This document shows positions 51,715 to 64,000 of a DNA stretch of 64,000 nucleotides, piece by piece. This DNA is from Octopus sinensis. Taxonomy: Eukaryota. The notes beneath the pieces were generated by a model. That model was not told where the DNA came from. It worked only from the letters and a program-made list of their open reading frames with translations, and searched no databases. The stretch spans positions 11,780,001-11,844,000 of the forward strand of contig NC_043013.1 of the NCBI RefSeq assembly GCF_006345805.1, written 5' to 3'. The translations under genes were made by a program, and so were the position numbers. The stretch's first letter is position 1. Each line of letters begins with the position of its first letter.

Positions 51715-52016
51715 CGTGTGTGTGTGTGTGTGCGTGTATGTGTGTGTGTATGTGTGTGTGTATGTATGTATGTATGCATGTATGTATGTGTGTGTGTATA
51801 TATGTTTGTGTGCCTGTGTTTGTCCCCCCAATATCACTTGACAACCGATGCTTGTGTGTTTACGTCCCCGTAAATTAGCGGTTCGGCAAAAGAGACCGAT
51901 AGAATAAGTACTAGGGTTACAAAGAATAAGTCCTGGGGTCCATTTGTTCGACTAAATGCGGTGCTTCAGCATGGCCACAGTCAAATGATTGAAGCAAGTA
52001 AAAGAGTAAAAGAGTA
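51466..52016 (+). mobile_element. SINE family B, full length
   Basis: aggcgtaggagtggctgtatggtaagtagcttgc head, ccttgagcaagtgtctt body, (aaagagt)n tail. Confidence 0.93.
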
Positions 52017-52299
52017 TAAAGCTGTTATAACCCAAACAAGTTGGAAAAATGTAAATCATAGAAAATATTCCTCCATGGTTATTAATATCAATGAGAGACA
52101 CAAGAGAAGGGTAAACGAGGACATATAATATAAATATAACAATTCTAAAACGAGTAATGTTTATCGCTATTTCAACATGGCTGTTCCGTAAAACCCGACA
52201 TTAGCACAGTTTTTAATCCCAGCAGAACGCCTCCTCCAGGTGATTATCGAGGCAATCTGCACCCGATATATATTGCAATATATGTAACCCAAACAATGT

Positions 52300-53100
52300 A
52301 ACAGAAATCAAAGAAAACTAAACTGAGGAGATCCTTGCTAATGCACAACAATTCGTTCTTAGTCTTTTGTTAAAGAGGTCGATAATCCCAATGAAATTTT
52401 ATCAAGAACTAGGTAAATATATTATTCAATGCACAACAAATTGAATATTGTATGGACGTATTTTAGGTAACTGTGTAGATACTGAATCGATCCCTGTTGA
52501 CAAAAACAATTGAGAGAAACTGCATCAGCTCAAGATATAGTTTAGTTTCTAAGATATGTTAAAGATTTAATGGTATAAAGCTGTGAAAAACTACTAAAAG
52601 TCTACTTAGTATACTTGACAAGCACACCAAGTGCTTCAAAGAAACTTAGTAGCCTTCAGAAAGGGATTAGTACACAAGAAATCCATAGGTAAACTCTAAA
52701 ACCTATAGACCTAGATCTTCTCTGCATGCAGCTTAGAAAGCCTTTAGTGCAATTGATTAATAATTACCCGAAAAATAACATTTCGCTTTTAGAACAGAAG
52801 AGATGCTAACGCAGCCCGTATAGATGTAGGAATCAATTACTGGCCAATGGTTGAAGATGATGGATTAAGAAAGAATTATCTATATAAGGTATGGCTTGAC
52901 AACCGAAAGTTATTTCAGAGAGCTCTCTGCTTGCGTTTTTGGAAGAATCATTAATAAGCAGATTCATTAAGAATATAAGGAAGAACTGCCAAACAATTCT
53001 GCAATTAAACGCAACAGGTTAATTATAAGATTTAAATAATCTTTAAAAAGAGGAAAATTTAAAGGAATCTTCCTCTTTCTCGGCGTTTTCTACTTGGCCA
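52300..53100 (+). mobile_element. Very decayed LINE reverse transcriptase remnant
   Basis: aaaacctatagacctagatcttctctgc (~52695-52725) resembles the YRPISLL motif of non-LTR RTs; there are many stops. Confidence 0.4.
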
Positions 53101-53366
53101 TAACGTGTTTAACTAGACTGAATTTATACGAATATACTTCGAAGGTGGAAGACACTACATTAAAATAAAAATACTAAAAGCGTCAATGTGAGAGATGTGT
53201 CTAGCAAATGCACAACAAACAAAATATATAACAAATCAGAATACTATCAATCATGTTTATTGGGGGGAATCTAAATTACGCTGCGGATTACAAACAGCTA
53301 GAGACAGTGCTACGAATAGTGCACGGAGTCTCTACATGATTTGATATGAAATTCAGTGTGCCAAAA

Positions 53367-54572
53367 TTAGGTTGAAGAAAGATAATTTAGGGTATGCACA
53401 ATATAAAGCCATGTGAGATAGAGTAACGTTTAAAATTTATTGAACTACACCAAACAGTGTTTTAGTAGGAATCCAATAAAAATGCAGTAAATTCTTTAAT
53501 AATTTTGCCGTCGTGAATTTACATTATGAGATACAAATATATAATTAATCCCTTCATTTTAAGCACACATCATTGCTATTTAACTTCAAAATAGGACGTA
53601 AGGCAGCTAGAACTGCTCGCGATATCTGCGAAACGTTTGGTGAGGAAATGATCCAGTGAGTGGTCAGCCCCAAAATGGTTTAAACGATTTCGCAGTGGAG
53701 ACCTGAGCCTTGAAGATCGTGAGCGTAGTAGACGCTCATCTGTCATCGATGACAGTCAATTCAAGACCGTCATTTAGAAAGATCCATATAAAACGACTCG
53801 AGAGCTGACAAAATAACTTCAAGTTAGCCAGAAAACTGCTTGCCACCATTTGTATGCGAACGGAAAATCAAAAAAGCTCGACAAATGGGTACCACACGAT
53901 TTGAATGAAAATCAGAACACGGGCAGATATGAAATTTGCTCGTCGCATCTTCTGCGTAACCAGAGCGATCCATTTCTTAACCCTATTGTAACTTGCGATG
54001 AAAAGTGGATTCTATACAATAACAAAATATTATTCTCCACAGTGGTTGGAATGAAGGTCATCAAAAAGAATGTAATGGTAGCAGTTTTGTGCTGTATTGC
54101 TGGACGTATCCACTATACCTTCTTGAAACCTGAAAAAAAACCATTGTTGCAGAAATATATATGCCATGAAATGAACGAAAAACTGCTACTCCACCGTCCC
54201 AGACTAGACGGCCAAACATTCTTCATGACAATGCTCGACCACACGTTTCACTAATAACGCTCCAGAAGTTGTGGGAACAGCTTATTCCCCAGAAATTTCT
54301 CCTTCGACTTCCACTTTTTCAAGAACTCCTGATGTTTTCCTGCGAGAGAAGAGGTTCCAAAATCAAACCGATGCTGAAAGTGTGTTCAAAGAGTTCATCA
54401 GCTCCAGAACTCCAGATTTTTATGTTACCGGAATAAACAAACTTGTAACTCGTTGGCAAAAATGTATTGATTGTAATGGTACTTACATTGATGAATGAAA
54501 TTACCGCATTGTTGAAATATATTGTGATGAATTTCCTGTTACAAAACGTTGCTTACTTTTTACTCAGCCTGA
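53367..54572 (+). mobile_element. Near-full-length mariner (DD34D), pseudogenised
   Basis: HTH region (KWFKRFRSGDLSLED across a frameshift), WVPHDL, IVTCDEKWILY, HDNARPH and C-terminal LVTRWQKCIDCNGTY. Right TIR-like end ...tactcagcctga|TA; putative left TIR ttaggttgaagaaag. Confidence 0.93.
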
Positions 54573-54889
54573 TATATTACATTTCAAAGAAGCCTAAATT
54601 TGAGAATTAAACCAGAGACTAATAAATACGTTTGAATTAATGGCCTAATTAGATTACTACCATCACAAAAGAAAGAAAATATTAAGGACGAATATTACAG
54701 AATATTAGATTAGCATTTAAATCAGGTTTAAATATAAAAGTCAAGCTAACCCCCATCATATTTGGTTGTTACAGTAGCTAGTAATAGGTATGATATTCTC
54801 AAAGTAAATTATCAATATTAGCTAGATCATTGCGCGACTCCCTGGGCCGATTAATGCCTTATGAGAGGTATATGTGAAAGAAAGAAAGT

Positions 54890-55110
54890 GTGTCTCTATG
54901 CGTGTGAATGCCTGTGTTTGGCCACCATCATTGAAGGTTGATAACCTGTGATGACATGTTTACATCCCGATGAATTAGCGGAACGGCAAATGCTCAAAAG
55001 AATAAGTATCAAGCTTAAAAATAATTTACTGTAGACGATTTTTTTTTTGTATAAAACTTTCCAAAGTGGTGCCCCAGTATGCCTGCAGTCTAATGACTGA
55101 AGCAAGCGAA
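54890..55110 (+). mobile_element. SINE family B 3' part, diverged
   Basis: ttagcggaacggcaaa...gaataagta...ccccagtatgcctgcagtctaatgactgaagc. Confidence 0.65.
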
Positions 55111-55816
55111 AAGAAAGAAAAAAAAACAGAGAAAATATTATCGTATTTCGAATTCATCAGATTTCTTAGCTTTCAAACTTCTCACTTTTCAAGTATGCTG
55201 CCTTTCAGATTTCAGGCATTCGATGCTTTCCAGTTGCGTTGAAAATTGTTTTTAGCCCCATTTCTTTTGTATTGTTTGCAGATATTAGCCAAGCAAAGGT
55301 TATTCTTTCCAACAAACCGTAGTACATCTAAGTTTATTACGCTCAAACAACCATACATGAATAGGTGGTAGATGCATCTTCACAAGCACATTGTAAAAGG
55401 AACGAATAGAAGATTCATGACCATAGAGTTGCGGCCCACAGCTGTGAAGCGGGTATCGTCACATTTTCTTGATCAACTTTACCTTTTCTTGTACAAAATA
55501 CGTTCCATATAAACACAGATAATCAGTGAATTATATATATGCATATATATATTCCATTTTTGACAAATCCATAGAAATATTCAGATACAAACGTGCAAAA
55601 AAGGGTTTATATGATTAAGCAAAAAATAAATATGAATGGGAAAGAACTTATCCATTTATTTTGGTAAAACTATGTTAAGTAATACACTTAAAAGATAAGT
55701 CATGCTCCCACAAAATTTATCTTTCTTTCTTACCATGTAAATTTAACAATACACCTGATAATATATGAAGACGCATACATACATACATACACACATACAT
55801 ACATACACACATATAT

Positions 55817-55861
<45 letters not shown>

Positions 55862-56064
55862 TATATAACATATGTGTGTGTATGTATGTGAATGTATGTG
55901 TGTGATCTGGTGTTGTATACATAGACTTATTCATATGACGTACTTAAAGAAGTATACGCTTGGATTTATTTAATCCTAATATTTATACCTACCTAGCTAT
56001 CTATTTATCTCTGTATCAGACTCTCTCTCGCTCTCTTTCTCTCTATATTATATATATATATGTT

Positions 56065-56100
<36 letters not shown>

Positions 56101-57133
56101 CACATATATCAATAGATAGAGAGATACATATGTATACATACATATACACACACACACGAGTGAATATATACATATATGTATGTATATGCACACATATGTA
56201 TGGGCATGCATACAAATACACATGCACAATCACATACACACACATATACATCCATGCATGTTTCTGTATATGTCTGTGTATGCTTATATGCGTGTCTGAA
56301 TATATGCAAGTATTATATATATATATATATATGATATATATATATATATATAATATATAAGTGTTGTTTGTGTTTGTGTGTATGTGTGTGTGTGTGCCTC
56401 TGGGGAGGGGAGAGAGACAGAGGCAGAAGGAGCACATATGTCAGTAAGTAGATAGGCCTTATTTTACATATACAGAATATTTTATATGACACGGCATTAG
56501 TTTAGCTGATTTAAAATTACAAAGAAATATTTTCATAACAGAACAAATGCTTGTAAGTAATTATTTGCATATACGTGCGTCTGTGTGTGGTTCCATGTGT
56601 GTATATGTGTGTGTATATGTATACGTATACATATACATATTTATAGAAATATATATCTACATATATATGTATATGTGTGTGTACGTATACATATATACAC
56701 ACATATATATATAGATGCACATATATATATTATATTTTTACATACATACAGATTTATTCATATCTTTATAATCTGTAATATTTATGCATACAACATATAT
56801 AGTTATACTATATATATATATATATATATATACTATATATATATATATATATATATATATCATAAATATATATATAAGTATATACAAATATATAACCTAT
56901 ATATAAGTTATATATTATATATAAGTATATATTGTTATTATCATATATATAAGTATATATATATAAGTATCTATGCGTGTGTAGGTGTGAGTGTTACACA
57001 GAATGGGTTTGAGAGAGTCAGGTAGAAAAAAGAAGAACAAAAAAAATACTATAATGAGTGAAAAGGGGAAAATAGAAAAAGACAAGTAAAGAGAGAGCAG
57101 AAAGATTCAGAGAGAAAGAGTGAGAGAGGAAGA

Positions 57134-57171
<38 letters not shown>

Positions 57172-58070
57172 CACATATTGAAAAAGAAAGAGAAATGGCG
57201 AAACACTATATATGCATATCATATCATATGTAATTTTTTCCCTTCTTTTTTCGACAACAGAGTTAGTTTGCATCACCTATTGTATGTTCAAAGATATACA
57301 ATCTGAACCCTGACGAATAACATTGATTAATTTTCCGCACCACCACAGCAGAATAAAACATATTCGCCAATGCTTCATGCATAAAAATGCATATTTATTT
57401 AATTTATCTATCTATGTATTCACATAGATATTTATTATTGTAAATATATACAGTGTAAGATTCGAAGCGTATAGAATATAGTTTTTTTTTCTTCCATTGT
57501 CTGTTTGTTTGTTTCTCAGATTTTTAACAATCTTTTTTTTTTGCAGTGTTTGTGTGTGTGCGTGTGGGTGTATGTGTATTCGTGTGAGTTCATGTGCGCG
57601 TCCGCGGTTTTTGTTGGGTTGGGTCATTTTACGTGTATTTCATTTCACTTAATACGTATTTGCATGCATATAGGTATATAAGTGTACCATACAAACATAC
57701 ACGTGTGTATGTGTGTGTATATACATGAGTATATATATTTATCTATATTTGCATATATATATATATACATACATATAGATACACATATATATATACATAT
57801 AAATAAATATGTATGTATGTATGTATATATATATATGTATGTATATATATATATATATATATATTATTATTTTTATTTTTATATATATATATATGCATGT
57901 ATATATGTATATATATATATACATACACATAAATCAGTGAATGAATTTTTTATAAATCCGTAATATAATATATGTCTCTATGCATTTTTGCATGTGGGTA
58001 TGCAATATACTTAAAACACGTAAATTTAGGATTCGTGTGTATATATATATATTTATATCATATATATATA

Positions 58071-58115
<45 letters not shown>

Positions 58116-59316
58116 ATATAGATATATATACACATTATACACGGTGTGTGTGTGTGTGTGTGATGAAGTCAGAGAAACGTATCCTAAAAATCAACAAAAT
58201 TGTGCATATGCATGCAGATTCGCAGCCTAGAGGATTCGTATTAAATTGTATTTTAATTATTGCAAATACATTAAAACATGTTTTTTTTCATAGAGACATC
58301 CTTCATTGTACATGTATGTGTGCATGCTTGTGTGTCTGTGTGTCTTCGTGTGCTTGTGAGTATTTGTGCACAAATTTAACAATATGAATGTATATATTTG
58401 TGTGTATCTGTTTTATTTGTGTGTATGCATATCTACGCTCACACTTGTATACTTAAACGCCGTTATATGAATATATATTATTGTTCATATCTGCTCATTT
58501 ATTTGATTGTGAATACAAGCATATATATATATAAACATATACATGCGTGTATACATACACATATATATGCATACATGCATCTCCATATATGCATATGTAT
58601 AAATTATCCATATATACATATATATATACATTATACATATATATACATATAATATATATATAATATATCTATATATAAATATACATATATATATAACATA
58701 ATATATATATCCATCTACAGTTATATAGTTATATTGCGTATATGTACATATATATATTTTAATTGCTTTGTCGTTTATCACGTTATTCAAGATTTTAATG
58801 TTTATTTCAATAATAATTATAATAACAATCAAATTGCGTAAATGCCAAACTGACTTTTGTTAAAAATATAATATATATTTAATGAAAACCACAATAACAA
58901 CAATACATATATAATTATATATACATATGTGTGTTTGTGTGTGCATATATATATATATACACATGCCCACACACACACGGGACGCACACGCACACACACA
59001 TACTAGCACAAACACATACAAACAAATTTATATATGTACAAAAAACTCACTAAATTATTTACTAATATAAATACATAAACATTTTTACATGAAAATTTTA
59101 CGTAAATTTATAATTTAAAAGAATTTTTTACATCATCTTTATTTGACTTCTTTTTTCTTCATTGTCGATGTTTGTTTATTTTTAGGCATATTATTATCTT
59201 GCTTTTATTTGCCGAAATCATTATTCATAACTAAAACAAACAACAGAAATCCCAATAAATATGGATAACTAGGATCTATACATATACACACACTTACATA
59301 TATATCATATAATATT

Positions 59317-59374
<58 letters not shown>

Positions 59375-59468
59375 TATATAAATATATATATATATTTGTA
59401 CATACATATATATCCATATATACATGCATGTACTCACTGTATAAGATATTATATGTATATATATATAT

Positions 59469-59522
<54 letters not shown>

Positions 59523-59577
59523 CATATATATAGTATATATACACATATGTATAAATTTATATGTGTATATATATATA

Positions 59578-59612
<35 letters not shown>

Positions 59613-60155
59613 GCATGTACGGAATATGTTTATGTGTGTTTTCGTGTATGAATGTATCTGTGTATGTGTGTTTGTTTGTATGTGTGTGTGTATGTGTTTG
59701 TGTGTGTGTGCGTGCGTTTGCTTAAGATACACGATTATACTGCATAACAATAATTTTTTCAGAGCTGTAAGAACACTTTGGTCTTTAGACCAAATGATTA
59801 TTTCATAAACATTTGCGTATATTTATATATATTTATGTTTTTCTTTAGTATTGCTCAAACCTTATTACATCTCTTCTTTTTATAGCTTTTTTTTTCCATT
59901 TGTTCTTCCATTCTTGTTGTTGTTATTATCATTGTTGCTCACATTTTTCTTGGAAGTTATTTATTTTGTTTCGGCGTTTGTGTAGAAAGATACATACATG
60001 CATATATATAAATATATATGTATATATATATAGATATATATATATATATTATATATATGTACACATATATATCTTTTTGAATTGTAATATTTGGCATTCA
60101 ATTCCATATATACTGATACCTATATACATACATACATACATACATACATACATAC

Positions 60156-60223
<68 letters not shown>

Positions 60224-60507
60224 TATATATATATATATATAACCACAAGACATACACACACACACTCACACAAACAACTAAACACACACGTACACTTATA
60301 TGAATTAATATATATAATATGCGTGTATGGTGTGTTGTGTGTGTGTACTTATATATACATGTTTCTAGTTATATTTCTTTTGCCAAAGATATATAATCAG
60401 GTATTGAAAGATATATAAACATCATAGATAGTGATTTAGATAGTTGTAGCATATTTAAATGAGATGAAATTATATATATGTGAGTGTGTGTGTATGTATG
60501 CATTACA

Positions 60508-60542
<35 letters not shown>

Positions 60543-60702
60543 GATATATATATATGTGTGTATCTATATATATACACACACACACAGATAGAAACATACA
60601 AACTTACGTACATAAATATAGACATACGCATACATAAAGTTTCAGACATATACACAGATATACTTCTAATTAATATGTATATATATATATGCGTACGTAT
60701 AT

Positions 60703-60754
<52 letters not shown>

Positions 60755-61379
60755 ATGTATGTGCTATGTATATATAATTGTATGTGTCTGAGTATGTTAT
60801 TCAGCGCGTGTGCGCGTGCACTTATATAGCGCGAATCTATAATGAGAAGAGCTAATAATAAAAGTATCGATATGAAATATTAATGTGTATATATATATAT
60901 AAATATATACAACTCTAAAAACATATACCCCGATATATATATATATATATATATCTGTGTGTGTGTGTATGTATATATATATATATATACATATACATAC
61001 ACACATACATACATGCATACATGCATACGCACATATATACATACATTTATATCATGTATATGTGTGTATGTATTTATATGCAAAAAGAGAAAGGAAAGTC
61101 AACGCCGGGAGTGTTCACACTGAAGAGTGTGCTGAAGAGCGTTTAAATGAGAAAATAAGTATGTGCTGTTAATAATGTTAATATCCGATTAATATTACAG
61201 TTTACAATTTTTATACTATTTTTAAGGCAATTTATTACAGAATATTTTTGTTATAATCTCTATGTTTATTGGCATTAGTTTTGTTGTTGTTCATTTTGAT
61301 GTCACTCTTGCTAAATATGGTTGCGTATAACCAATATTCTGTACGTACTTTATAGTGATGATGGCACAAATGATGATAA

Positions 61380-62161
61380 CCAGTGGTTTTTGTAGTGGTT
61401 GTGATGGTTGTGGTGGTGGTGGTGGTGGTGGTGGTGGTGGAGATAGTGATATTGTACTTGATAATGGTTACTGTGTGTGGCTGGGCTCATTTGATTGCGA
61501 TGGTGACGGTTCTTGACTGATGTTAGAGACGGTGATGATATTGTTCAAGATGGCGATGGGGGTGAGACGTGCCAACGGGGGTGGGGGTGATGGTGTTGGT
61601 GGTGGTGGTGTTGGTGTGTTGTTGTTGTTGGTGTGGTGGTGGTAGTGGTGGTAGTGGTGGTGGTGGTGGTGGTGGTGGTGGTGATGGTGGTGGTGATGGT
61701 GGTGGTGGTGCTGTTAGTTATTGTTGTTGTGGTGGTGGTGGTGGTGGTAGTGTTGACGATGGTGTGAGCATTGGTGATGTTACTGCTGCCGATGGTGGTG
61801 ATGGTGATGATATGATTTCGGAGGTGGTGGTTTTGCAGTGGTGTTAGAATTGGTGCTTATGGTGGTGACAATGTTGGTGCTGAAGACGATCTTGAGAGCG
61901 TCGGTGGTGATGGTCGTAGTGGTCTTAGTGACAATGGTGGTAGAAATTCCTAATGTTACCCATGAAGTCATGTCTGTGGACCTTAATTCTTTATGTGTAT
62001 GAATAATAACGGCGATGTGTTCATTGCCGAGGTAATTACAGTGATGTGTTCGATGAGTTTGGCAATGATTGCAGTGATGAGGAAAATGATATCAACAAAT
62101 GATGGTGATGATAGACTTGACATCAACGACGATGATGATAAAGATATTGTTGTCGTTGTTA

Positions 62162-62196
<35 letters not shown>

Positions 62197-63062
62197 GATG
62201 ATAATGATGATGTCGATGACGACGATCATGGTGACGGTGATGACGATGACGATGATGACGATGATGATGATGATGAAGATGATCACGATGATAATGTTGG
62301 TGGTGATGGTGGTGGTGATGATGAAGATGGTGATGATGATGATAATGGACAATGATGAAGATGACGATGATGATGAAGATGGTGATGATAATGATGATGA
62401 TGATGATGATGATAATGATGATGTCGACGACGACGAACATGGTGACGATGATGACGATGACGATGATGACGACGACGATGATGATGATGAGGAGGAGGAG
62501 GAGGAGGACGATGATGATGGCGACGACGACGACGAAGATGATGATGAAGATGATGGCGTCAAAGACGACAACAATAATTACCGACGACGGCGATGTTAAA
62601 AGGTTTGATAATATTAATGATGCTGAACATGTGAATGCGAGGTAGCGATGGTATCGATGAGGCTCTTCATCACGGTGAACTTCATGATCTTCTCCGATGA
62701 AGACCCGCATCATCACCATAACCCTTCTGACGATGAAGATGACGATGATGATGGCTAAGATAACGTTATAAATATTTATCTACTTTTTGCTAATGCTGCT
62801 GTTGTTGGTGTTATTGCTGCGGCAGAGGCAGTGCTGGTGGTGGCGGCGCCGATCTCTGTTGCAGTTAATGGTGTTGTTGTTGCTGTTGCTGTTGTTGTAT
62901 TAATTTCTCGCATGACAAAGGATGGGTCAGAGTTAATCTACATGAATATATCGGATAAGCTGCAATGAACGCTGATTGCGAAAATTGCACAGTATTGATA
63001 AGTAACGACGTGATGAACAAACTGAAATTAATAATAATAATAATATTGATAATAATAATAAT

Positions 63063-63145
<83 letters not shown>

Positions 63146-63283
63146 TGATGATGATGATGCTGATGCTAATGATGATGATGATAATAATAATAATAATTAT
63201 TATTATTATTATCATCATCATCATCATTATTATCATTATTATTATTTTATTATTATTATTATATATTATTATTATTATTATTA

Positions 63284-63376
<93 letters not shown>

Positions 63377-63480
63377 CATCATCATTATTATTATTATGCT
63401 GTTGTTTTTGTTGTTATTATAGCAATAATGATAATATTAATAACAGCAACTACAATATCAATAAATATTAATAAATATGA
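61380..63480. repeat. ~2-kb (GGT)n/(GAT)n/(TAA)n/(TTA)n low-complexity block
   Basis: Visible directly. Confidence 0.9.
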
Positions 63481-63582
63481 TGATAACAATATGACAACAA
63501 TAACATTAACAATACTGCTTATAATAGTATTAATAACAATATAGATGATGATTTTAGTAATAACTAAATTAATGATAATAAT

Positions 63583-63764
63583 AATCCTTTCTAATAAAGG
63601 CCTGGATTTTGTGGGGAAGGGGTACAGTCGAACTCATCGACCCCAGTACTTGGCTGGTACTTAATTTATTGACACTGAGAGGATGAAAGGCAATTTCGAC
63701 CTCGGGGGCATTTGAACTTAGAAGGTGAAGACGGACGAAATGCCGCTAAACATTTCGCCTGGCG
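63583..63764 (-). mobile_element. SINE family A (5' truncated), head-to-head with the next copy
   Basis: Reverse complement of the family A body. Confidence 0.88.
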
Positions 63765-63980
63765 GTGGGCTGGCAGAATCGTTAGCACGCCAGGTGAAAT
63801 GCTTAGCGGTATATGGTCTGTCTCCATGTTCTGAGTTCAAATTCCACCGAGGTCGACTTAGTCTTTCATCCTTTCGGGGTCGATAATTTAAGTACCACTT
63901 GCGTATTGGGTTTGATCTAATCGACTGACGTCCTTCTCCAAAATTTCAGGCTTTGTGCCTATAGTAGAAAGGACTATTAT
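63761..63980 (+). mobile_element. SINE family A, full length
   Basis: ggcggtgggctggcagaatcgttagcacgcc...ggctttgtgcctatagtagaaagg. Confidence 0.92.
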
Positions 63981-64000
63981 ACTTCAACGAAGGCGACAAG

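Noticed and set aside
61993-62645. Asp-rich ORFs (also 47562-47849 and 45758-46006) as acidic biomineral proteins
   Set aside because: (GAT)n low complexity, open in multiple frames, no secretion signal.

Overview
This is AT-rich animal genomic DNA, most consistent with a coleoid cephalopod (Octopus-like). That assignment is an inference from the extreme microsatellite load and three abundant tRNA-derived SINE families. It looks like intronic or intergenic sequence, and no host protein-coding gene could be identified. Almost all ORFs in the supplied track are microsatellite translations (YI/HT/poly-I/D/H/N) or decayed transposon fragments. Supported content: about 30 SINE copies or fragments; at least five decayed Tc1/mariner-superfamily remnants, one nearly full length; two R4/Dong-type non-LTR retrotransposon fragments associated with (TAA)n; Helitron/DINE-1-like non-autonomous elements; candidate MITEs; a 1.35-kb tandem duplication; and a 100-N assembly gap. 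The most interesting items are two Penelope-type minimal hammerhead ribozyme motifs (one with an atypical CUGUAGA core), a 70-nt pre-miRNA-shaped hairpin, long inverted repeats that could act as ADAR substrates, and an E2F-site-flanked candidate first exon that is phase-compatible with a downstream open exon on the minus strand. There is no rRNA, genuine tRNA or CRISPR. All alignments were done by eye, so element boundaries are approximate.
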